Positions 10,990 to 22,312 are shown, counted from the stretch's first letter. The stretch is 51,173 nt of DNA from Chiloscyllium plagiosum (GCF_004010195.1 NC_057748.1:27852156-27903328), one strand, 5' to 3'. The notes: generated from the letters alone by a model not told the origin. Translations and numbers: made by a program.

Positions 10990-12670
10990 AGTATTTATCT
11001 TTTAATACCAGCAGTAATTATAAATACAGCAACAATCCTACATTTATTGATAAATACCAACAGTATCATTGTAGCTATTTGTGAAATGTTATATTTATTT
11101 ATATTTATTATAAATATTTATTATAAATATTTCTTAATGCGAGTTATTTGTGAATATCAGCAATAATTTTATAATTAGAATTAACCAGCAGCAATGTTAG
11201 ATATGAATGTATTAATAACTGTGATAACGCTATACTCATCTATTAATTCCAGCAATAATGTCATATTTAATTAATATTTAGTAACACTAAATGGGGAAAA
11301 AAATACGGAAGATCAGTGAGTGCATTCCCCGCTAATAAACTATTTTTGCAACGTCTCTCTTATCTGTTGGTCACTCAAATCATTAGCCATTAGCAATAGC
11401 AATAACATTATGCCGAGTTATGCCATCCGCTGTAATGTATTTATTTATAAATATCAACAGTATAATTTAAATTTATTTAGAAATACAAGCAGTAACATTA
11501 TATTTATTATTTATTCTATCAGTAACATCATATTTATTTATATTACGTTTATACATAAATGCTAGCAGTAATATTAAATTTAATTATAAATCCCAGCAGC
11601 TGCATTATATTATTTAAAAGTTTCAGCAGTAACATTATATTTATTTATGAATGCAAACAGTAATATTACATTCGTTTATAAAAACAGCAGTAATGTTACA
11701 TATCAACACTAATGTTATATTTATAAACCCAAGCAATAATATTAAATTTATATTGCAGCAATATCATATGTATCTATAAACATCAGCGGTAACGTTATAG
11801 TTATTTATAAATCTATGCAGTAACATAGTATTTAATTATAAATACAAGCAGTAATGATATATTTATTCATAAATTTTTGCAGCAACGTTACATTTATTAT
11901 AAATACCAGCAGTAATGTTATATTTACTTGTAAGTACATGCAGCAACATTGTAATTGATTATAAATACAAACAGTAATGTTATATTTGTTTCTAAATACC
12001 AGCATCATTATATTTATCTATAAAATCTAGCTGTTATGTTATGTTTATTCGTAGGAATATTATAGCAACAATATAATATGTATTCATCAACAATAAAAGA
12101 TACTGCTTCTGTTTATGAATATATATTACATTACTGCCAGCATTTATAAACACATATGATATGGCTGTTGATATTCAACATTACATATAATGCATTTATA
12201 AATGTAACATTACTGTTTGTATTCATAAACAATAAATGATACTGTTTCTGTTTAGAAATACATTGTATGTACTTTTGAATATCGGCAGCATATCATGTGT
12301 ATTTATAAATGCCGGCAGTAATATAATACGTATTCATAAAATTGTACTTACTTTTTAATACCAGCAGTAATTATAAATGCAAGCAACAATCCTGCATTTA
12401 TTTATAAATACCAACAGTATCATTGTAGTTATTTGTGAAAACCAGCAGTAATGTGATATTTATTTTCAATACCAGCAGTAACATTATATTTATTAATGCT
12501 ACAGTTAATTATAACTACCAGCAATAACATTATAAGTACAATTAACCAGCAGAAATGTTATATATGTATGTTTTAATAACAATGGTAACATGATATCCAT
12601 CTATTAATACCAGCAATAATGCCATACTTAATTAATATGTAGTAATAATTGTTAATTTAATTAATTCCAG
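10990..12670. repeat. AT-rich degenerate tandem array (core ATAAATACCAGCAGTAAT)
   Basis: Core recurs about every 30-35 bp; internal inversion and a larger duplication. Confidence 0.8.
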
Positions 12671-12679
12671 CGATGAAGG

Positions 12680-13065
12680 ACTTGTAGTATGAAGAGATAG
12701 TGAGCAGTTCAGGCTTATAGTCACTGGAGTTTAGAAAAATGAGAGGAGATTTCATTGAAGTATATAAGATGCTAAAGGGCATTGACTAAGTGGACATGTA
12801 GAGGATGTTTCGCCTTGTGGGGCAAGTTAGAATAAGCAATCATAGCTTTAGACTCAGAAATGGCAGATTTAAAACAGAGATGAGGAAGATTTACTTCTCT
12901 CAGAAGGTAGTGAATCTGTGAAATTCACTACACCAGAGCGCAGTGGATGCTGGGACACTGAATAAATGTAAGGAGGAGATAAACATTTTCTTTCATTAGT
13001 GACTACTTGAAAACTTGTAGGGAGTGAAAAGGCATGTGGGGTTGAGACTAAAGTGGGATCAGCAT
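12680..13065 (+). mobile_element. Old CR1-like LINE 3' fragment
   Basis: Degenerate LEFRKMRGDxIEVYKML / NLWNSL segment. Confidence 0.7.
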
Positions 13066-13074
13066 TGTAGCATT

Positions 13075-13670
13075 TAGGGAATTTTAATACATTGAGGGAC
13101 TATTACAGCATTGTGGAAGAATTGGTGCATTAGGAAAATATTGGAGAGTTGAGGAATAATTGGGACATTAAGAGAATATTCAAATATTGAGGGGATACTG
13201 GAGTATTGGTCTATTGAGAAAATATTAGAGTATTGTGGTAACATTGAGGTATCGAGAGAATATTGGAGGACTGAGGGAATGTTGGAGTTTTGAGGAAATA
13301 ATGTTTTCTTGATGGAATATTGGTGCATTGACAAAATATTGGAGTATTGTGAGAATATTGATGGACTGAGGAGATACTATTATGGCGAGGGACCATTGGA
13401 GTGTTAAGACAGTATTGGTGGAATGAGAGACTATCGGGATATTCAGGGAACATTGCTGTGTGGAGGGAATATTTAAGAATTCAGGGTATATTGGAGTTTT
13501 GAGGGAATAGTGGTGTTTTGAAAGAATATTGCTGCATTGAGGGAATATTGGAGTCGTTGGGGGATATTGCTGAGTTGAAAGAATGTTGGAGTATTGAAGT
13601 TAGATTACTGTATTGAGAAGATATTGCTGAATATGAGGGAATGTACTGTATTCAGCAGATATTTCTATAG
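13075..13670. repeat. Degenerate about 20-bp repeat (GGAGTATTGAGGGAATATT)
   Basis: Recurrent ATATTG/GAGGGAAT motifs. Confidence 0.7.
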
Positions 13671-13745
13671 AGTGGACGTATTAAAGATCAAAAAGGGCAT
13701 CTTTCTCTTGCACCTCAAGAGTCCCTATGTGAGCGTACGCTTTGG

Positions 13746-14082
13746 GGTGGCACGGTGGCTCAGTGAGTAACACTGCTGCCTCACGACACCAGCGACCCGT
13801 TCAACTCTACCCTTGGGCGACTGTCAGTGTGGAGTTTGTACATTCTCCCCGTGTCCACGTGGGTTTTCTCTGGATGCTCCAGTTTCCTCCCACAGTCCAA
13901 AGATGTGTAAGTTAGGTGAATTGGCTATGCTAAATTGCCCATAGCGTTCAGGGATGTATGGGTTAGGTACATCAGTCAGGGTAAATGTAGAGTAATAAGG
14001 GAGGGGAATGGGTCTAGGTGGGATACTCTTTGGAGGGTCAGTGTGGACTTGTTGGGCTGAAGGGTCTTTTTCCACTCTGTAG
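13746..14082 (+). mobile_element. HE1-like V-SINE
   Basis: Homologous to 9068-9395. Confidence 0.85.
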
Positions 14083-14124
14083 GGTTTCTATGAAGGGAGC
14101 AATATTAATATTAATATTAATAAC

Positions 14125-16160
14125 AATATTAAATGAATATTTCATGTCAGTTTTTACTGTAGAGAAAGAAATGGAGGCTAGAGAACTCAGGGAAATAAAT
14201 GTTGGTGTGTTGAAACTAGGTCACATCATAGAAGAAGGAGTGTTGGAGACCTTAGAAAATGTAAAGGTGGATAAGTCTCTGGGACCTGATTAAGTGTATC
14301 CCAGGACTTTGAGGGATGTTATTGAGGAAATAGCGGGGACTCTTACAGAAATATTTCTGTCATCTATAAATACACTTGAGGTGCCGAATGACTGGAGGTT
14401 GGCTAATGCTCTGCCTTTGTTTACGAAGAGGTATGAGGACCTGAGAATTTGACTTCAGCAGTGGGTAAATTGTTGGAGGTGATTCTGAAATTATGCCTTG
14501 ATGAAGACTAGCCATAGTTTTGTTCTAGAGAAATTGCATCCCGTAAACTTGGCTCAGTTTTTGAGGAAGTGTGTTATGGACTAGGCCAAACCACTCAAAA
14601 CATTCTTAAGCAAGCAGCCCAGACCAAAACTTTGCAATTTGTTTCATTAAGTGTACAGTGAAAATTACCCAGAGTAAGCTAGCGAGGTTAACCAGCAGGT
14701 TAAAAACAGACAAACATTTATTCACAAAATTACACAATGAAACACAAAGAACAGCAGTTTATTACTCCTCTGGGAAAAGAAAACCAAGGACATAGCATCC
14801 TTGAGAAAAGGAACAGCGTTTCAAAAAACAAAACCAGCTTTGTGACAAGTGATCAAAAAGATTGATGAGGGCAGAGCGGTAGATGTGGTTTACTTCAATG
14901 TTACTGAAGTGTTTGACACAGCTCTGTATGGTGGATTAATTAGTGAAGTTAGATTGCACAGGATTCAGGGTGAGCTTGCCAATTCAGTACAAAATTGGCT
15001 TGACAGCAGGAGACAGAGAGTAATGATGGAGATTTGTTTTTCAGAGTGAAGGACTGTGACCTGCAGTGTTCCACAGGGATCGGTACTGGGTCCACTTTTG
15101 TTTGTCATTTATAAAAATGATTTAGATGATAATATAGGAAGCGTGGTTAGTAAGTTTGCAGTTGACACCAAGATTGGTGGCATAGTGGACAGTGAAGGAA
15201 GTTATTGAAAATGACAAAGAGTTCTTGATCAATTGGGTCAGTGCGCTGAGGAGTGGAAGATGGAGTTTAATTTGGATAAATGTCTGGTATTACATTTTGG
15301 TCAAACAAACAGGGGCAGGATTATACAATTAAATGTAAGGCCTTGGATAGTGTTGTATAGCAGAGATGCCTAGGGGTTCAGACACACAATTCTTTGAAGT
15401 TTGTGTCACATGTTGACAGGCTGGTTAAGAAGGCATTTAGCACACTTGTCTTCATCGCTCAGACCTTTGAGTATAGAGGTCGGAACGTCATGTTGAGGTT
15501 GTACAGGACATTGGTGAGGCCTCGTCTGGAGAACTGGGTCCAGTTCTGGTTGTCCTGTTATCGGAAGGATATTATTAAACTGGGAGAGGGTTCAGAAGAG
15601 ACTTACCAGACTGATGCCGGGATTGGTGGATTGTAAGGAAAGGTTGGATAGCTTTCTCACTGGAGTGTAGGAAGTTGAGAGATGACTTTAGAGAGGTTTG
15701 TAAGATCATGAGGGGCCGAGATAAGGTGAATGACGGGTGTCTTTTCCCTAGAGTGGGGATTTCAAGACTAGGGGGCACATTTTCAAGGTAAGAGGAAAAA
15801 GATTTTAAAAAGGCATGAGGGAAAATTGTTTTTTTTTATACAGACAGTGGTTTGTGTATGCAATGAACTTCCAGAGGCAGTGAATTAAATTGGATTGAAT
15901 TTATTATCACGTGTACCGAGGCACAGTGAAAAGCTTTGTCTTGTGAGCAATGCAGGCAGGTCACAGAGTTAAGTAGTACAGATAGTAAATAATAGGTAAA
16001 CAGTGGCAAAAATAAAATGATGGATTCATTTGGATAAGGACATGGATAGGAAATGTTTGGAGCGATATGGGCCAAGTGCACAGGCAGATGGGACTAGTTT
16101 AATTTGGGATTATGTTCAGCATGGACTGGTTAGACTGAAGGGTCTGTTTCCATACTGTGA
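14125..16160 (+). mobile_element. CR1-like LINE ORF2 (RT) fragment, decayed
   Basis: KVDKSLGPD, DEGRAVDVVY, KFAxDTK, LYRTLVRPRLE; frameshifts; interrupted by a solo LTR. Confidence 0.88.
14572..14847. mobile_element. Solo LTR-like insertion (TG...CA) with 4-bp TSD AGTG
   Basis: Starts TGTTA, ends TGACA, flanked by AGTG on both sides; CR1 sequence resumes seamlessly after it. Confidence 0.65.
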
Positions 16161-16261
16161 GCGTGTTAGGAATTTGCAACTATAATTGAGTGAGTTAATT
16201 GATATGGGTGCACTGAGGCATTGGTACATTGACAAATCACTGGCGCACACTTTGTCTCTAT

Positions 16262-16690
16262 TTAGCTGAAACTTTATTGCTGGAACAGCACAGCAGGTCA
16301 GGCAGCATCTAGGGAACAGAAGATTCGACGTTTCGGGCACATGCCCTTCTTCAGGAATGAGCAGAGAGTGTTCAGCAGGAGAAGATAAAAGGTAGGGAGG
16401 AGGGACTTGGAGGAGGGGAGTTGGGAATGTGATAGGTGGAAAGAGGTCAAGGTGAGGGTGATAGGTCGGAGTAGGATGGAGGCGGAGAGGTCAAGAAGAA
16501 GACTGCAGGTCAGGAAGGCGGTGCCGGGCTGGGGGGATTCGGCTGAGACAAGGTGGGGGGGGGGGGGATGAAGAAACTGGTGAAGTCGAAGTTCATCCCC
16601 TGTGGTTGGAGGGTTCCCAGTGGGAAGATAAGACGCTCCTCCTCCGACCGTCGCGTTGTTGTGGTTTGGCGGTGGATGAGTCCAATGAAA
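16262..16690 (-). mobile_element. Penelope-like element 3' fragment (GIY-YIG endonuclease C-terminus, pyrimidine-rich UTR, hammerhead)
   Basis: Minus-strand frame GLIHRQTTTTRRSEEERLIFPLGTLQPQGMNFDF resembles the PLE GIY-YIG C-terminal ExxxIxxLxTxxPxGxN motif; the hammerhead follows downstream. Confidence 0.72.
16323..16358 (-). ncRNA. Minimal hammerhead ribozyme motif (Penelope-type)
   Basis: AUUC-CUGAAGA-A-GGGC-AUGU-GCCC-GAAAC-GUC-GAAU: core boxes, stem II, palindromic ACGU helix III, stem I AUUC/GAAU. Confidence 0.7.
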
Positions 16691-16757
16691 CTATTTAGCC
16701 CTATATTTCCCAGACTGGGATTAACTTACCTTTCACATCTGACCCATTAACATACAG

Positions 16758-16807
16758 GAAAGAGCCATCAAACAGACGCAAGGCGGGCACATCCAGACGG
16801 AGTCCAG
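16758..16807 (+). CDS. VJ-C1 IgSF receptor gene, exon 7 (cytoplasmic, KSHQTDARRAHPDGVQ)
   Basis: Acceptor CATACAG|, donor CAG|GTGGGT; phase 1 to phase 0, the phase needed to reach the Tyr-motif frame of the last exon; non-repetitive island. Confidence 0.62.
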
Positions 16808-17264
16808 GTGGGTTGATTCTAAACATTGTCCCAATTCACAAGCGTGAGATGGTTGAGAATAATCAGTTCAAGACGCTGTCTGTTAGAAATTTCAACCAAA
16901 TGACACCAGGCCAGTCTGGAACTGAATAACTAACAAATCTCACAGCTCCCTGAAACTGGAATCAAAATAACTCCATTAGCCTTATCCGGGTCTGATAAGC
17001 AAGAGGAGGGGTTACTGATTGGGAGAGGATGCCTCTCTCAGAGTTGACTGGGGATTTCCAAATGTCTGTGTCACATTCCCAGCTCATTGTTGCTCTGTCA
17101 CCGTTTTAACTCTGCACTGGGACTGAACACACAGCATCCTCCATCCAACCATGTTGGTTAATATTGGGTTTATAATGAAGACTTAGAATTCTGGCAGTTT
17201 CACAGAGCTATGACTGAGGTTGTCTACTGGAACTCAACCTCCCTCTCCACTCCTCACAGTGCCA

Positions 17265-18385
17265 CACTGTAATAGGGGCAGCGCTGAGGGAATGGGCACT
17301 GGCAGAGAGTCAGTGCTGAGGGAGCGGGCACTGTCAGAGGGTCAGTGCTGAGGGAGTGGGCACTGCCAGAGGGTCAGTGCTGAGGGAGCAGACACTGTCA
17401 GAGGGTCAGTGCTGAGGGAGCAGACACTGTCGGAGGGTCAGTGCTGAGGGAGCGGGCCCTGTCAGAGGGTCAGTGCTGAGGGAGTGGGCACTGTCAGAGG
17501 GTCAGTGCTGAGGGAGCGGGCACTGTCGGAGTGTCAGTGCTTAGGGAGTGGGCACTGTTGGAGGGTCAGTGCTAAGGGTGCAGGGACTCTCAGAAAGTCG
17601 GTGCTAACAGAATGCTGTTTTGTCAAAGGGTCAGCACTGAGGGTGCACGCACTGTCAGAGGGTCAGTGCTGAGGAGGCAGGTGCCGTCGGAAGGTCAGTG
17701 CTGAGGGAGTGGGCACTGTCAGAGGGTCAGCACTGAGGGTGCAGGCACTGTCAGAGAGTCAGTGCTGAGGGAGTGGGCACTGTCAGAGGGTCAGTGCTGA
17801 GGGAGTGGGCACTGTCAGAGGGTCAGCACTGAGGGTGCACGCACTGTCAGAGGGTCAATGCTGAGGGGGCAGGCACTGTCGGAGGGTCAGCGCTGAGGGA
17901 GGGGATGCTGTCGGAGGACCAGCACTGAGGAAGCTCTGCACTATTCGACGGTCAGTGCTGAGGAGAGGACACTATCAGAGGGTCAGTGCTGAGGGAGACA
18001 GCACTGTTGGACGGTCAGTGCTGAGGGATGGGATGCTGTCGGAGGGTCAGTGCTAAGGGAGACAGCACTGTTGGATGGTCAGTGCTGGGGGAGGGGATGC
18101 CGTCGGAGGGTCAGTACTGAGGGAGGGGATGCTGTCGGAGGGTCAGTGCTAAGGGAGACCGCACTGTTGGACGGTCAGTGCTGAGGGAGGGTGTGCTGTC
18201 AGAGGGTCAGTGCTAAGGGAGACAGCACTGTTGGACGGTCGGTGCTGAGGGAGGGGATGCTGTCGGAGGGTCAGTGCTAAGGGAGACAGCAGTGTTGGAC
18301 GGTCAGTGCTGAGGGAGCAGGCACCGTCAGATGACCAGCGCTGGGAGAGCTCTCTACTATCGTAGGGTTAGTGCTGAGGGCGTAG
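17265..18385. repeat. 32-bp minisatellite (CACTGTCAGAGGGTCAGTGCTGAGGGAGTGGG)
   Basis: About 35 tandem units in the last intron of the IgSF gene. Confidence 0.92.
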
Positions 18386-18509
18386 TCACTGGACAGAACT
18401 GGCAGTGGACTGACGGGCCGAATGCTCTGACATTCACTGAAACTCAATGACAAGGTGGGATCATTGGTCCTGTGTTGTAACCACTTTGCATCTTGACCTT
18501 TTCCCCCAG

Positions 18510-18590
18510 ACTCCCGGTGGGCCTCTGTACGCCTCCTTGGAATTTGCTGCACTGGAGAAGAGGAAAAAAACGAAGGGAGGGCACCGATGA
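18510..18590 (+). CDS. VJ-C1 IgSF receptor gene, terminal coding exon (TPGGPLYASLEFAALEKRKKTKGGHR*, ITIM-like motif)
   Basis: Acceptor CCTTTTCCCCCAG| at 18509, phase 0; LYASLEF Tyr motif; TGA at 18588-18590; AATAAA signals about 300 nt downstream. Confidence 0.78.
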   Translation, partial: TPGGPLYASLEFAALEKRKKTKGGHR

Positions 18591-18882
18591 AAATCTGGGA
18601 TTCTATCCAGGTGGGAGTCAGGATTTGCAATGGAAGCCAGAGCTCTGTGGAAATCAACCTGGAGCCCATGAAACTTCCAGCAAGCACTAAAGCTCTCCTT
18701 TCACCTTTAATAAGTGTCTCACAAAGATCTTTTGAGGTCAGAGATTGAAGTATTGTTGGCTTAATTCTCAAAGCAATCATTAAGGACACAACAAGACAGA
18801 CTTTCTCCTTTGAGTTACTGTCAACCTTTTATTTTCCCAGCAGGTCCTCTAACTGCAGTTGCTTTTGCAAAATGCATGTGTA

Positions 18883-18893
18883 AATAAAATAAA
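18883..18893 (+). promoter_or_regulatory. Polyadenylation signals (overlapping AATAAA) of the IgSF gene
   Basis: TAAATAAAATAAA downstream of the stop codon, at the end of non-repetitive 3'UTR-like sequence. Confidence 0.55.
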
Positions 18894-19133
18894 TTATTCT
18901 CTGGGAAGAAGGAAGCTCCAGAGCTCGGTCCCTTGTTTATAATTCTTCAGTGGGATGTGGTCATCGCTGGCTGGGCCGGTATTTATTGCCCATTCCCAAT
19001 TTCCCAGCAGGCTATTAAGAGCCAAACCCATTGCTGTGGGTGGAAATGAGTACTGTTGATGCAGTAGATTAGAGTCAAGATTAGAGTGGTGCTGGAAAAG
19101 CACAGTATCAGGCAGCATCCGAGGAGCAGGAAA

Positions 19134-19167
19134 ATCGACGTTTCGGGCAAAAGCCCTTCATCAGGAA
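19134..19167 (-). ncRNA. Minimal hammerhead ribozyme motif (Penelope-type)
   Basis: UUC-CUGAUGA-A-GGGC-UUUU-GCCC-GAAAC-GUC-GAU. Confidence 0.62.
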
Positions 19168-20280
19168 GCCCTTCCTGCTCCTCGGATGCTGTCTGACCTG
19201 CTGTGCTTTTCCAGCACCACTCTAATCTTGGACCCCATTGCTGTGGGTCTGGAATCGAATGTCGGCAGATTTCCCTCCCTAAAGGATATTGAGGGGGAAT
19301 ACTTTAACCTGTTGGACTATAACCTGTTGTCCTGTCATTTTTAGCTAAAAGACATTAGCAGGGGTTTTTTTAATGGCAAACGTGGTCACCAATTTAAAAA
19401 TCCAGTGATTTTTTAAAAACTGCTGTGATGGGATTCGATCCCGTATCTCCCGCACAAAATCATACCAGACTCGAAACGTTAACTCAGTTTCTCTTCCCAC
19501 AAATGCTGCCACATCTGTTGAGTTGCTCAAGCTCATCCTGTTTCCATATTGTACAGAAATGCAATGGGGTGCTCAAGTTTGAATCAACTCAAAACATGCT
19601 CATGTGGCTCTTACGTTGAAAGTTAGCTCAGGCTGCTACAGCAGGAGAGCTTCTGCATTGATGTAGAGGGGAAGGAATAAAGTTCAAAGCCTCTGCCTTG
19701 ACTAAAGTGAAAAAAAAAGTCACGCAGGTTATAGTCCAACAGGTTTATTTGGGAGCACTTGGTCCACCCCAGTCCAACACCCACCTTAATGAAAGTGGTA
19801 CAATGCCACCCTCTGGTGGTGGAATGGGGAAATGGCATGAGAGATTTAATAAGAGGGAGTGAAGCCTCTCACAGCTTCCATCAACTAACAGTCATGCTTT
19901 GGAGACACCGGCGTTGGACTGGGGTGTGTAAAGTTAAAAATCACACAACACCAGGTTATAGTCCAACAGCACTAGCCTTCGGGGTCCTGCTCCTTCACCT
20001 GATGCAGGAGCAGCGCTCCAAAAGCTAGTGCTTCCAATTAAACCTGTTCAACTAACAGAGGGATCCGCACAGACACAGGCTCATTTTTTTTAAAAATGAA
20101 CTGGCAAATGTTTTGATAAAGGTTGAGGTCATTTTGCATACCTCTAAAAAAGTTTTATAAATGTGTCGATATTGACAACCTGTTAAATAACTCAGTACAA
20201 TAAACATGCATTTAAAATGTCAATATGACTCTGACTTCAGTGGTGGGTAAATTGTTGAAAGCGATTCTGAAAGATTTGAT

Positions 20281-20920
20281 TTTTATTTCTTTTTTTCTTA
20301 CTACTGTCTGACAGCTGTAGTGCTTATTTTTTCCCCCTGCACCCATGTCGTGAGCGTGCAAGTGTCAGACACGGTGAAAGACAAGTGTGTAAATCTTTAT
20401 TTATGTACCACCACCTGGAAGGAAGGAAACACCCAAGTCTCAGAGGGCAATGCTGCGCGATCAAACAGTGAAGGGGAGGGCAGGGATTAAATCAAAATAG
20501 AGTGGGAGGGGGAAATAATGTACTCCACTCCCTGCGGCGCCCACCTCTTCTTGAACAATTCCAGGGTGTCGGTGGACACCGCGTGCTCCTTCTCCAGAGA
20601 CACCCAGGCCCTAACGTAACCGCGGAAGAGGGGCAGGCAGTCAGCCCTAACGACCCTCTCCACGGCCCTCTGCCTGGACTTGTTTATGGCCAGTTTGGCT
20701 AGGCCCAGGAGCCCCCAGACCCACGAGTCGGTCCTACCCTTCCCGCTCTGCACCGGGTGCCCAAAGATGGGACTGAAGTGCAACCTAAAACAGAGGAGAA
20801 GGTTTTTGAGAGAATCAAAAGAGGAGTGCAAGCGCCCAAACCCAATATATACATGGTCCACGGACTCCACGCCTGAGCATCCTCCAACTGGTGCACCATG
20901 TCGGGTGCGAGAACCGCCAT
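20281..20920 (-). mobile_element. Tx1/L1-like LINE 3' fragment nested in a CR1 copy
   Basis: ESVDHVY...LLGLAKLAINKSRQRAVE...F...WAP resembles the Tx1 ORF2 C-terminus; A-rich tail near 20281-20300. Confidence 0.65.
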
Positions 20921-20924
20921 TTTA

Positions 20925-22172
20925 AAGAGTAGATTTATATGCGTTTTGAGGGGCAAGGATTGATTAGGGATAGTCAGCATGGTTTTGTGTGAGGGAAATT
21001 GCATCTCACAAACTTGATTGAGTTTTTTGAGGAAGTTAAGAAGATTGATGAGGCAGAGCGGTAGACGTTGTCTACGTGGACTTTAGTAAAGCCTTTGATG
21101 AGATTCCACATGGTAGACTAATTAGTGAAGTTCATAAAGTCATGTGGGATTCAGGGAGAGCTGGCCAATTGGATACAAAATTGGCTTGATGGCAGGAGAC
21201 AGAGAGTGGTGATGGAGAGTTGTTTTTCAGATTGGAGGCCTCTGACCAACAGAGTTCCACAGAGACCTGTGCTGGGTCTATTTTGTGTCTGTCATTTCTT
21301 TAAATGATTTAGATGAGAATATAGAAGACGTGGTTGGTAGGTTTACAGATGACACCAAGATTGGTGGTAGAGTGAACAGTGATGAAGTTTATCTAAGATT
21401 ACAAGATCTTGATCAATTGGGCCAATGGGCTGAGGAATGGAAATGAAGTTTAATTTAGATAAATTGCATTTCGGTAAAACAAACAAGAGGAAGGGTTATG
21501 CAATTAATATTAGGGCCCTGGGTAGTGTTGTAGAACGGATGGACCGAGGGGTTCGGGACATAATTCTTCAAAGTTTGCATCACATGTAGCACATTTGCCT
21601 TCATTACTCAGCTCTTTGAGTATAGGAGTTGGGACGTCGTGTTGATGTTGTACAGAACATTGGTGAGAACTCTTCTGGAGTACTGCATCCAGTTCTGGTC
21701 TCCCCGTTATGGGAAAGATATTACTAAGTCGGAGAGTGTTCAGAAGAGATTTACCGGGATGTCGCTGTGACTGGAGGGTGGGGCATTTTTCACTGTAAGG
21801 TAGAACATTGAGAGATGAGGTTATAGGGGTTTATAAAGTCATAAGGGTATAAATAAGGTGAATAGTAGACGTCCCTTACTTAGGAGGAGGGATTTCAAGA
21901 CTGGGGTCTTACTTTTAAGATAAGAGAAGAAAGATTTTAAAAAGGTATTTATTTTTGTACAGACAGTAGTTTGCTTGTGGAATGAACTTCCAGAGGGAGT
22001 GGTGGATGTGGGTACAGTTAGAATGTTTAAAAGATATTTGGATAAGTACATGAATAGGAAAGGTTTGGAGGGATATGGACCAAGTGCAAGCCAGTGGGAC
22101 CAGTTTAGTTTGGGATTATGCTTGGCATGGACTAGTTGTACTGAAGGATCTGTTTTCATGCTCTATGACTTT
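20925..22172 (+). mobile_element. CR1-like LINE RT to 3' end
   Basis: VYVDFSKAFD, WIQNWLDGRRQRV, FTDDTK, WNELPEGVV; 3'UTR tail. Confidence 0.9.
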
Positions 22173-22312
22173 ATAATGAATGCTGTCACACTCACACACA
22201 GTAATACACATTCACTCACACATATATACACACACTCAAACACAATCTTACACATTCTCACATGATTATTGATACACACAGGCCTCACTCATAAATTCTT
22301 TCTTCCATAGAT

